DNA from: Anthoceros angustus
Taxonomy: Eukaryota; Plantae; Anthocerotophyta
Reading direction: 5' to 3'
Assembly: GCA_010909165.1 (NCBI GenBank)
Contig: VJWM01000135.1
Coordinates: forward strand, 434,001-498,000
DNA length: 64,000 nt
Every line of letters starts with the position of its first letter. The first letter of the stretch is position 1. Below, one piece after another: positions 23,201-34,692 of the stretch. The position numbers and the translations under genes are program-made. The notes under the pieces are model-generated. The model was not told the DNA's origin. It saw nothing but the letters and a program-made list of their open reading frames with translations, and did not search any database.

Positions 23201-25600
23201 TTTTTTCCCAAACACTTGACCAACGGTCCCAAGTTACATGTATCCTGAGCCGCTAAATATTGATTTTCTTAAAGACAGCCTATGAGGAGGGCGCCGGCTG
23301 GCCGGCGCCAATGGGCAGGGTGTGCTAGGGGAGGACGATGGCCACCGGCCGCCCATGGTGGTGTGTAGGGAGGGCGGCCGGCCGGCGCCATGGGCAGGTA
23401 TGGTTAGCCGCCACCAAAGACCGGTGGTGGTAAGGAGGCCACTGGGTGGTGGTAAGGGAGGTGCACCGGGTGGTGGCAGGTGTCACGGGTGGTGGTGGTA
23501 AGGAGGCGCTGAGCAGCAGGCGGGAGGGCTACCGCCGCCCCAACACGCCCGCCCGCCCATGGGCACCGGCCGGCGCCGCCTCCACGCCGAACCACCCGTA
23601 GGGTGGGCAACGGTGGTGCGCCAGCGAGGGCGCCCGCCGGCCGGGCGCCCGCCCGCGCACCACCCGTAGGCCCACCGGCGTGGCGGCGTGGGAGGGAGGG
23701 TGCTGCCGGCGCGCCCTCCACGCCGCCACCAGAGGGCATACGGGTCGTGGGAGGGAGGGCCACCGGCGCCCTCCCTCGCCACCACCAGCCGTGATGCTCG
23801 ACGAGTGGGCGAACCCGAGGGCGCAGCCGGCCGGCGCCTCCTCCGCGTGCCCATCGTGGCCTCCCTTGCACGCACCCCACGCGTGGCACTTCCATCGAAA
23901 AATTCGGTGAGGCTAACCTTAGAAGCAACCTTGGAATGAAGGCTAATTTAGAAGCAAATGCGCTCGAGCCGGCCAAAGATTTGGCCTGACGAGTGTAGAG
24001 GTACTCCTCCTAAAACATCTCATGCGTGGACAGCGATAAGGGATAAGCTCTGCGAGTTGCGTGGCTTCATACAACCTACTAGTCAATGTGCCGCTGAAGA
24101 TAGTGATGACAATGCAGGAGAAGCTGGACGAAGTGATGACGAAGGATTGAACTCTGGGGATGAGTGAAAATGAAATCTCGTTTCTTCCCGGGGGTCCAGA
24201 GTTAATGTTGTAAGTCTAGTTGCTGATGTTACTGTGTTAGGGACATACCCTGTCCGTGGCTTTTGTGGTGTCATAACAAAACCACATTTTCCTCCCAAAA
24301 CTGAGTTTACAGTCGTCCCTTCCCGGCAAGAACGGCCTTCCTCACCGTTCCTACTTTGTATTATTCCCCTAGGTTCGAGTTTGCGACCATCATTCGACAC
24401 ATTGCTGGATGGAAAGTAGTAACTTTACTTGGTGACACCCTTTTTTTCGGAGCTGTTTTTCGCAATTCCTTCAAACCGCTGTTTTAGGGCCCATCAAGAA
24501 CCCCCTTCAGCGATTATTTGCAGAAAACCCCCTTCGAGATTATTCACCCCCTTCAAAAATTATCATGTTAAGTACACTGCTGATGGTGCAATCGAACGGT
24601 ATAAGGCTCGTCTCGTTGCACAAGGGTACACTCAACGGGCTTGTGCTGATTATGATGCGGACCACCTCTTCTCCCTGGTTGTCCACATAAGCTCCCTTCG
24701 CACTATTTTGGCCCTCGCTACCATACATGATTGGGAAGTAGTTCAATTAGACGTCAAGACGGCATTTTTGTATGGCCATCTCAAACAAGAAATATACATG
24801 CGTCAACCCGAGGAATACGAAGAGAAGGGCAAGGAGCATCTCGTATGCTTATTCTTAGGGAGTATTTATAGTCTTAAGCAGTCCGCCATAAATTGGAATG
24901 AGTTGATGAATGAGGTCCTTCTTGAGTTTGGATTTGTTAAATGCCCATATGATGGTAACATCTATGTTCTTAGGGCTGGGACTGCAATTGTCATCCTCGC
25001 CCTATAGGTTGATGACTGCATGCTAGCTAGCAATGATAAGTTGGGCTTGCCAGCAAAGACTATTACCATACTCAAGTCTAGATTTCGTATGGCGGATTTA
25101 AGATATATACATTATTGTATTGGCATGAAAGTTACTAAAAATTGTAATGATAGGTGGTTACATTTAAGTCAAACTCAATATATTAAAAATACATTAACCA
25201 AGTTCAACAGTGCAAGTCATTCCACCCTCCTTATGAGCTGGAGCGCCTTTGAGTAATGTGCACCCAAGAATGATGAAGAGCGGAAGTATATGGAATCCAT
25301 TCCTTATCAAGAGGCTGTTGGTCACATTAATTGGATACGCACCACTTTGAGGGATACGCACCACTTTGAGGCCTGACCTTAGCCATGACGTCCGCGTTTT
25401 GGCCCAACAAATGGCCAACCTAGGATTGGCTCATTGGTCGGCACTCAAACGCACTCTACGCTATCTTAAGGGTACCATGACCCATGGGCTCCTGTATGAT
25501 GGGCATGTGGCAAAAGGCTCTCACACCCCTCAGTTATCCGCTTATACGGATGCCGATTGGGGGGTAGATGTGGACTCAAAGAAATCTACCTCCATCACCA
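20290..25600 (+). mobile_element. Degenerate, truncated Ty1/copia retrotransposon (gag knuckle to start of RNase H), interrupted in RT
   Basis: CFYCKLPGHH knuckle; LWHFRLGH...CPSCVLGKQ; integrase FIDDHTR and KSDGGGE; RIFGCAAYVHVP; RT KWTFKIK|YTADGAIERYKARLVAQG and QLDVKTAFLYG; RNase H AYTDADW. Stops and frameshifts present; no LTRs found. Confidence 0.88.
22442..24569. mobile_element. Non-autonomous DNA transposon, AACA...TGTT termini, 4-bp TSD AAGT
   Basis: TIR AACATGATAATTTTTGAAGGGGG at both ends. AAGT at 22438-22441 and 24570-24573. Removing the element restores the RT codons AAA ATC AAG TAC ACT (KIKYT). Subterminal (a)acccccttc repeats. Confidence 0.82.
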
Positions 25601-27279
25601 ACAGGCACCAGTGCCTGCCCACATACTGCCTATGTGACCACACACACTATGTGATTACTAATCTATTCAGAATCTATTCCTAGCATGTGTGTAATCTAAG
25701 TATGAATATGCTCATCACCATTTAATATTATCACCTATCCTTCTGGCTTTCTAACCCGGGAAAAAACGCATTTAAGATTTGCAAGACCGGTACCATTTTG
25801 ATTATTCTACAAAAGTTCTACAAGGATAGGATTCCTAGAGCCCTGCGACATCGGAGGATGCTATAAGCGCACACCTCACATGAAATTATCAATGTTGGGA
25901 GCGCTCGGTTATGGCATGCCGTTTGGGACATCCAGAAGTCTCACCACCTTTTTTTTTTTGTGATGGTCTTACTTCACACTCCAGCTGGCTGTGTCCACGA
26001 GTAGGAGTCTCAAGTAGGGATATCCCAAACGGCATGCCATACCTCGTCTAGATTCACACTACCTAGTGTATTTGCATTCCAGACTCCCCAATGACAAGCG
26101 GTTAAATGATCCGCCGACTCCCCAGCAGATGCGGTTAAATGATCCGACTCCCAGAGATCTTGATTAAATGATCTCCCAAGCATTGCGTCATTGTTGCAAT
26201 GAATACACATGAACCTGCGCTGCTACCTCGCATGGCAATGCGAATTTGGTGACCTGCATTGTCGCCTTCGTTGGTGGCAATCTCGATTCACTGGCCCTTC
26301 AGGATGCCACAGATCGGTGGAGAAACCCCAGCGTGGGACAACGAAGGTGAGCAATAGTGACGCCCCTGCGTATCGAGCAAGATCATTTCGCCGATCGTCC
26401 GGTAGTACTGATGGCATTATGCGTCCCATCATTGTGCTCAGATGAGCAATCGCTGTGTAATAATCAGCCGCTTACAGAACTACTGAATGAGCTAGGAGAT
26501 GTGGAGACCGAGGAACACCAGAGCACTGATTGCCAGTGTTTAGCTCGCATTGCGTTCCATCACAGTCCTTATACTCGACAATGCAGGTGCCATTACAGTC
26601 CCTGTTCCGACCATTGGCCATCCACCGCACAGAAGTTGGCTGGAGGCATCTGGTGGGTTCCAGTTTTCCTCATCTTGTCTTTCTGCCTTCGTAGAATACA
26701 TGTCCCGTCTCATCATTTTCCAACATTTCAGCTGGCTCGTCCAGTCCATTCAGGATGGCCCTCGATACGAGTTCACATCGAAAGATCTTGCTCGTTGTGG
26801 GACAAAACAAATTTGGTAGATTAGTGAGCTTGTGTGCAAAACTACATAAACAGGGAAAGCACGATGCCTACATGGGCTTTTAGGGCTTTGAGCAGGATGT
26901 GCATTGTGGAGGCATGAGTGGATGAAAGGCAAGCGAGAAAGCTCTCTAACCAGGTGCATCTGATAAAATTCTCTTGAATGGGTACCTTTATACCACGAGT
27001 GGCCAGGCTGGGCCCATGGGATGTTTAGCCTCACATGCAGGCTGCAGCTAGTACAAGCAGAGGCCAGAACGCCCTTTCGTCATCGCACATGCAGCAGACC
27101 CTGCAGCTGATCGATGAACTTTCAAGGTTGAAGCTGGGACTGCTAAAGCGACTTTCAATGCTTCTGGTTCCTAGTCTTCTCAGCTAGCTTGAGCAAGCCT
27201 CCTCCCTGAGCTGGCACGTTAGTGATCTCGAGCTCGTGGCTTAGAATACTGCAGCTAATAGCAAGATGGATGTCTCTAC

Positions 27280-27632
27280 TGAAAGGGAAAGGAAAGATGT
27301 TTTTAATAATATCGTGAGTACAACGCCGGGCTTATGAGAGCGTCGTAGCCAGTTCGTGTGGTGAGTCGACGCTAGGCTAGCTTATACACTATTCCTAACA
27401 CGCCCCTTAAGGTAGACTAGAGAAGAGCTATGAGCCATCAATGTCATCCCAAATCCTACGCGATTTCGTGGCTTAGAATCTGCATTGGCTAATAGCAAGA
27501 TGGATGTCTCTCGAAAGGAAAGGAAAGATGTTTTAATAATATCAGTACAAGGCGCTCGGGCTTATGAGGAGTCCAGAAACGTCGTGTGATTCGGTGGTGA
27601 CGGCTAGGCTAGCTTATACACTATTCCTAACA
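27280..27632 (-). repeat. Copia 3' LTR present twice (27280-27400 and 27511-27632)
   Basis: Both copies end ...tatacactattcctaaca followed by cgcccc(c)ttaaggtagactagagaagag; both are preceded by the same host flank. Confidence 0.88.
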
Positions 27633-27660
27633 CGCCCCCTTAAGGTAGACTAGAGAAGAG

Positions 27661-30600
27661 CTATGAGCCATCAGCTAATGTCATCCCAAATCCACTACAG
27701 CAGATTTCGTGCTTGGGCTTCGGCAAGGCTTTGGTAAGAACATCAGCCCATTGATCACTCGTAGGAGTGTAAACTAGGGATAGTTCGCCACTTTCCACCT
27801 TCTCACGAAGGAAGTGAAAACGCATCTCGATGTGCTTCGATCGATCGTGAAACCTTGAGTTGTGAGAAAGCGCAATTGTGGACTGATTGTCACACATCAA
27901 ACGAACGGGGCCATCATGAGGAAAGCCAAGCTCACGAAGAAGTCGACAGAGCCACACAGCTTCCTTGGCGGTAGCAGTTATGTACTGATTGATCGAACTC
28001 GAGCAGTGCACTTAGGTCCCTTGGCCGACTCACTTCGGCAAATTTAATGTAAAACAAAGCCCGTATACGATTTTCGAGAATCAGGGTCTCCGGCCCAATC
28101 TGCATCAGTCCAGCCACAAAGGTTAGAATCTGAATGCTTTCCATGGTAACAAATGCCTCGGCGTCGAGAAGCTTGAAGATATCTTAATATCCTTTTCACA
28201 GAGGACCAATGAGTAGGACCAGGATCAGACATAAACTGAGACGTGTGAGAAGCCGAGAAAGCAATATCGGGGCGAGAATTCTGCACAAGGTGCTGAACAG
28301 AGCCTGTAACTTGACAATAAGGTTGAGCTTTCATTGCAGCCCTAGTAGCATCGTCTTGAGGTGACATAGCCTTGGTCAACTTCACACCAGCTTGTAAAGG
28401 AGTATCAATCGGATGGCAATTCTCCATGTGGAACCTGGTGAGAACATCATCGACATACTTTGCTTGATGGATGGTGATGGTCTGATTTGCAGCATCATGT
28501 TTCACTTGCACACCAAGACAATACTCTAGAATGCCATTGTCAGTCATTTTGAATTCTGAGCTCAGCTGGGACTTAGCATGCTGGAGAACCTTAAGACTGT
28601 CGGAAAAGATGGCCAGATCATCGACATAAAGTGCTATGATCACCAGACCTAAAACTGAGCATCTGACATAGACATTAGTATCAGCTGTAGTCTTATGATA
28701 GCCAACCTTAGTCATGTACTGATCAAAACGGTCATACCACGCTCGAGGCGATTGTTCCAGCCCATAGATGGTGCGTTGCAATTTACAAACCTTATTTTCC
28801 TGTCCAGGAGTGATATAACCTTCAGGTTGAGACATGAAGGCTTCTTCCTTAAGGACTCCATTAAGAAAGGCTGTCTGCACATCCATTTGATGGACATGCA
28901 GTCGATGGATTGCTGCCAAAGCCAACAGCACACGCAAGGAGGTAAGCTTGACAACAGGGCTGAAGACACCCTCTTCAGAGTAATCAATACCCTCACGTTG
29001 AGTAAAGCCACGGGCGACAAGCCGAGCCTTGTAATGAGCAAGAGTACCATCCGCTCGATATTTTTTCTTGTACACCCATTTACAGGTGATGAGATTCTTA
29101 CCTGGAGGAAGATCTGTGAGTATCCACGTTTTATTGGAGATGAGTGAAGCATATTCTTGATCTATCTTCTTCCAGTGCGACTTGCCGGATAGAGCCTCAG
29201 AGATAGATGCTGGTTCGCCCCCTTGAGGAGGACGGGCCCGAGCACCATAACCATGAGAAAAGTCCAAGTCTGCAAACTTGGTGGCTGGCACCCCTTGGGT
29301 GGAACGAGAAGAACGGCGTAAAACAGGACCAGGAGGAGGGCCCAGAATGCCGGGAGAGAGATGGGGAGGAGGTGAAGCAGCTAAATCAAAAGGTCCAGCT
29401 AAGTGAGAAGAGCCAGGGGTAGGGAGAGAGTCACCAGGTAACGGAGGGCCCTCAGGCGCTGCACTACGAGGAGAAGAAGGAGGAGAATCGGGGAAGAGGC
29501 CGGCACTCCAACCCCAATCACCCCAATCAGTCCAACCCCAATCATCCTCGGAGCCAACGGGAGCAGGCGCAACATCAGGAACCACAATAGAATTATTAGG
29601 GTCCGGAGCAGGAGCCAAGTTGGTAGGTGGAGTCGGAAGAGGAACTGAGGGAGGAAGAACCTCCTCAGAAGAGATAACATTAGAATCTGAGGAGAGATTG
29701 GCAGATGGAGGGGCGCCCCCTGGAGCGGAAGCATGCAAAAAAGGTGTCTCATCAAATATCACATTACGGCTGACAGTAACGCGTCTGGTAACGCGTCAAG
29801 TAGCCCTGTCAAGCAATCTGTATCCTTTGATACCCTCATCTTCACCATATCCAATGAAAGTCAGCTTCTTCGACTTAGGATCAAATTTCTTACGTAGCTT
29901 GGAAGGAATGTGTTGATAGGCATCACAGCCGAAGATGCGTAAGTGCGTGAGGGAGGGCTTCCTCCCAGTCCAGCACTCATACGGTGTTTGAGTTGGGAGT
30001 GAGGCAAGATCTGCGGCGATTACGGACATAGCAAGCGATGTGAGCATCCCCGGAGAAAATTAGGCAAGTTGGCGTGGCCGTTAGTATGCGGCCACCAGGA
30101 CTACTCCTTTTATGCGATTCTCAGCTTTACCGTTCTGCTGCTGGGAATAAGGAGTGGCCATTTGATGTTGAATACCCGCAACAAGGAGAAAGGGTTTGAA
30201 GGCGATAAACTCTCCACCACCGTCAGTGCGCAAGACTTTGATGGTGAGGCCTGTGAGATTTTCAACAAGAGCCTTGTACTTGCAAAAGGCAGTTAGGGCT
30301 TCGTGCTTGTGCCGAAGAAAATAAAGGTGTGTGTAATGGCTGTAATCATCCAGAAGGAAGAAGAGATACGAATGGCTACCTAGGGAGACAGTTTGCATCG
30401 GACCACTGAGATCGGCATGGATAAGTTCGAGAACCTTGGAGGTGCGACTTGAAGAGTGGGGATAAGGGTGAACCTTATGCTTTCCAAGAACGCAACCACT
30501 ACAGAGAGGTATATCTCTAATGGACTTAGGAAGGCCAAGAACCATATCCTCCTTAGACATTCGTTTGATGCCGTTGAGGTGATGATGGGCTAACCGTAAA

Positions 30601-32032
30601 TGCCAGAGCTTTGATTCTAATTCCACAGGCAAATAGGTAGCGCTGAAACTAAGAACGGGAGCCGATGGGTTAGGAAGTAGGCCACGAGCTACAGGATACA
30701 ATCTGCTACAGGGAGGACTCGTGAAAGTCACAACGTCGCCTTCTCGTGAAAAGGTATGTATGGTACAACCTTGTTGAGTGAAAGAAATACTACTTTGATC
30801 ATGTGAGAGGCACTTGAATACAGAAAGCAGATTGATTACCAAGCCAGGGACAAGAAGAACGTCCCTGATCATAACCACTTGATTAGTAGGTAGTTGAACT
30901 TGGACAACGCCCTTGCCAGTGGCTTGCAGAGTGGCAGCACTTCCAACTTGAACAGAGAAAGGTGCTGGTAATTCTTCAAGAGTGAGAAACCACTCACGAC
31001 GAGAGGTCATGTGCTCCGCAGCTCCAGAATCCATGAGCCATTCATCATTGGCTTGGGAAAAAGGCAAATTACGGGCCATGAAGAGAAAAGCGGACTGAGT
31101 AGCATGAGCAGAAGGTGTGGAACTCGAAGGCTTAGGTGTGGAACTCGAAGAAGGTATGTCAACACCATTAGCCCTATCTCTTTTACGCTTCCTACAATCA
31201 GGGGCTATATGCCCTCGTTTGGCACAATAATGACAGACTTTGTCTATATGTGCAGGATTAGGTGGAGAAAACCGAGGTGTTTTATCAGCGCCTAGACGAG
31301 GCTTCCAAGATTTTCTACCACTAGTGAAGAGAGCCGCAGGGCCCTGTTGAGAAGAAGACGTAGAAGAGGAAGAAGGCTTCATCGAGGCTTCCAAGATTTT
31401 CTACCACTAGTGAAGAGAGCCGCAGGGCCCTGTTGAGAAGAAGACGTAGAAGAGGAAGAAGGCTTCATCAGGGCTTCATGCATGATAAGAGAAATAAGAG
31501 AGGTAAGGGACAGAGTCTTAAAAGTACTCGTTTGAGTGGAAATAAAGGGACCCCAAGAAGAGGGGAGAGCCCTAAGGAGATGCATGACTTGAGTCTCTTC
31601 ATCTAACTTGAGACCTGAAGAAATTGCAGCATCTAGAAATCCTTGCCATGATTCGAGGAATTCTAAGACAGGTTGATTTTCACCTAGCTTGCAGGCTAAA
31701 AGCAGATCTTGAGCATGTAACCGTGAAGCTACGCTCGACTCTTGGTAAGTGCTTGTAAGTTTGTCCCACATCTCTTTAGAAGTAGGTAATCGTTTGATGA
31801 TGGGGATCAAGCGATCACCTACATGCAATAAAATATCTGACCTAGCTTGTGCGTCTTTGACTAACCAGTCAGGTAAATCGGCATGCCCTGTGGCAGGTTG
31901 AGGAGTACTGCCATCTACTATGCCCCACAGAGAATTCCTAAGAAGGAGCATCTCTATCCTAGCAGACCAGGTATGGTAATTTGTACTGGTCAATTTATCT
32001 ATTTGATATGCGCGAGTGGTAGATTGCGCCAT
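27661..32032 (-). pseudogene. Copia gag-pol polyprotein, broken into five ORFs
   Basis: KLTSTNYHTWSARIEMLL (gag), CHYCAKRGHIAPDC, WLMDSGAAEHM (protease), LWHLRLAH/CSGCVLGK, HADLSGP/LDDYS/RTDGGGEF (integrase), YKARLVARGF/QMDVQTAFLNG/YVDDL (RT), WTDADWAGD and CDNQSTIALSHN (RNase H). Confidence 0.92.
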
Positions 32033-32402
32033 GATAGCAGGTGTAAGGAATCTAGGAAGAAAGGTTAAGGATGTGGTTTAGAGCAACATGTATTTCATAT
32101 TGTTGTCTGTGAATGGCATCCAAGTAACTTAAAATACTACTGTTTAATTGAGAAGCATGGTGGTGAGACCTTGCTTGATGATGGCTGAATAATTGCCTGA
32201 CAAGTGTATGTGTTGTTTTCTGGTGAGAGAGACTCACTTGGAATTCAGACAGACCTAATTGAGGTGCACCGTTAATTTTATGTTTTCTACCTCTAAAAGC
32301 ACCTGGACAGTTACGAGAAAGGTGAGATCTTCTCCTGTCCATGATGGTAGCTTCTAAAGGAAAGTAGACAGGATCATTCAGGCTCGTCGAGCTCTGATAC
32401 CA

Positions 32403-32536
32403 TGAAAGGGAAAGGAAAGATGTTTTTAATAATATCAGAGTACAAGGCGCTCAGGCTTATGAGAGCGGTCTGTGAAACGTCGTGACGGTTCAGCTGTGAG
32501 CTGACGCTTAGGCTAGCTTATACACTATTCCTAACA
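32403..32536 (-). repeat. Copia 5' LTR (134 bp)
   Basis: Matches 27280-27400 and 27511-27632; bounded by the PBS and the TSD. Confidence 0.92.
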
Positions 32537-32719
32537 TCTACCTCACAGAGATCGTCGTCAGGCTTTCTTAGGAGAATGAAGTACACTGGTGAACATCACC
32601 TCTCACTATCAATCAAAATTATTATCGTTGTGCTTTGCTGGGAAGTTATAAGTCCAGGATGGGCGCATTGCGGGGAGGTACACACTGACCAGCCGGCATA
32701 ACTGCGATGCAGTGTGTCG

Positions 32720-33052
32720 GCACAACCCCATTCGCTCTAAAAATGTATATCTAGACTCTGGAGAAAGGAATCACTTGATTCAGGCAAGTCCAGGATATCG
32801 AGGGGCATCTTACATATAGTCTTGTTTATGTTACACCCTTGGATGAACAAAATTCGGGATCTTGATGGTACAGGGCCCACGCCTGGTCGGCATGGATCAT
32901 GCGTGTCACAACCCACGATTCTTGTCATAAAAATGTATATCTAGACTCTGGAGAAAGGAATCGCAGTTCTGACGGGCAAGTCCAGGATATCGAGGGGCAT
33001 CTTACATATAGTCTTGTTTATGTTACACCCTTGGATGAACAAAATTCGGGAT
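32720..33052 (+). repeat. Local direct duplication, 190 bp offset
   Basis: taaaaatgtatatctagactctggagaaaggaatc at 32738 and 32928; the shared sequence continues to aaattcgggat. Confidence 0.9.
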
Positions 33053-33280
33053 GCTGATGGCTGGGGATATTTATAGCCGGCTAGGCTAGGCGCTCTCATC
33101 ACTGCATCTTCAGCAGTATGAGTTCTCCCGACATCCTTAGAAGTTTAGAAGCCAGAACTGAAATCAACCACTGCGTTATCCTCAGCTAGAGCGAGGCGCC
33201 TTCTCACAACGCTTGCTTTGAACTCGATTACAGCACTCTTCTTCCTGCTTGGATTGCTGCTTCAGTGTGGACATCGACGT

Positions 33281-33330
33281 CTTTACTTTACTTTACTTTA
33301 CTTTACTTTACTTTACTTTACTTTACTTTA
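33281..33330 (+). repeat. (CTTTA)10 microsatellite
   Basis: Read directly from the sequence. Confidence 0.98.
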
Positions 33331-34692
33331 CTTAACATTGATCACGCTAGCATTTTATATATGTATAATGTATTACAACCTATAGTCTTTGTAGTCCGTA
33401 GGTTGGACATATTATTAAGAGCTTTTGTTGTGGACTTTGGCACAATTTGATATTAAAACCAAGAATTTCATAGAGGAATTGGACTAAGACAACCTAATGG
33501 ATGTTGGAGAGAAGTTCACAACACTTGAACCTGCATATATGTATGTACATACATCCACTAGTACTCTTATTCAAAGTCGACGAGGTCGAAATTCAAAGAC
33601 AAAGGCTGGTTGGCGATCGCTTCTTGCCCAAGATGTCACTTTCCTCGAGATCCAAAAGCCTTCCACAGCGTGAAAGCAAAGCCACTCTTCTTCTCGTGGT
33701 ACCCCAACAAATCCCGACTCATCACTAGGTTTGGCTTGCGGGCGTCCACGGAGGTACCTCACCTTAATTCGTATGCACATCATGTCACCCACCACTTTCA
33801 CCCCTCAATGTCCAGCGGTTTGACCACGGATGGTATCGCTTGAGGCCTTGAGACACAAGCGTCGGGCCCGATCCGGGGCTCTGTCCACTTCCGGATCTCA
33901 AGCCCGTTAATGGTGTGAGCGAGGTGAAGTTCCACGGTGCTCACACAACCGTGCAGCCCTTACGCGGCGACTATTAAACCACTTGAATGACACCGGACTC
34001 CCTCGAGTGTCATCATTGATGAAACACATTTGCATGGACAGCGCATCTAGGTAATAAGCGAGAGCCTTCCACAGCGATCCACCTCGTAAATGGTGTTGTC
34101 GATTGCATAGGATTTGTGCGGCTCCGGCTGCCGTAAGCTCAAAGTCCACCGCGGCGAGTTGAAGTCGCGTCCTGCTCCATCATTCGGCGTCGGCGGTACA
34201 TGGAGGCTCGAACTTCACCGCCACTAACGTGGTGAAGTACAAACACCTTGAACCCGCCGTCCGCGGCTACTACTTGCACACCCGGTGGTGCCAACCGGCG
34301 GCTCGAGTTGACCGACGGCTCACATGCGTCTTGGTCCTTTGGATTGAAAATGCAAGAGTCGGTGGTACCATGGGATCCTCCCATCCAGCGGACTGTCTCG
34401 GCGACAACAATGTAGCCGTCACTGGGGCTGCTGCGAACGTGGTGTCGGGACCCCACAAGGCACTCCGCCTCAAGCTCAGATCGCAGCGCCAAAACAAATC
34501 GCAATACCTCCGTGGAAGGAAGGACAAATCGCAATACCTCCGTGCTTTACTTTACGTAATCTCGAGACTCTACTGCATATTTCACACAGTCGCCCGGCTT
34601 GGTGGGCATGCGGTCGACATGTCTCACATTCTTGTTGTAATGTGTGCACTGTGCAGGGCTGCAGGGTTGAAGGGCGGCTCCGGTTCTGCGCC

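Larger units (their letters stand above)
27280..32536 (-). mobile_element. Near-complete Ty1/copia LTR retrotransposon with very short LTRs
   Basis: 5' LTR 32403-32536 (TG...CA), PBS TGGTATCAGAGC (32391-32402, initiator tRNA-Met), PPT AAGGGGGCG next to the 3' LTR, TSD TCTAC (27275-27279 and 32537-32541). Full gag-pol motif order is present. Confidence 0.95.

Noticed and set aside
26200-27274. Host gene disrupted by the copia (flanks rejoin as ...gatggatgtc-TCTAC-ctcacagagatcg...)
   Set aside because: The rejoined frames contain stops and nothing identifiable; cannot be called a gene.
33571-34534. Possible degraded F-box-associated/beta-propeller gene on the minus strand (VVAADGGFKVFVL...)
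   Set aside because: Only a vague resemblance across three frames; no F-box motif or splice structure I can support.
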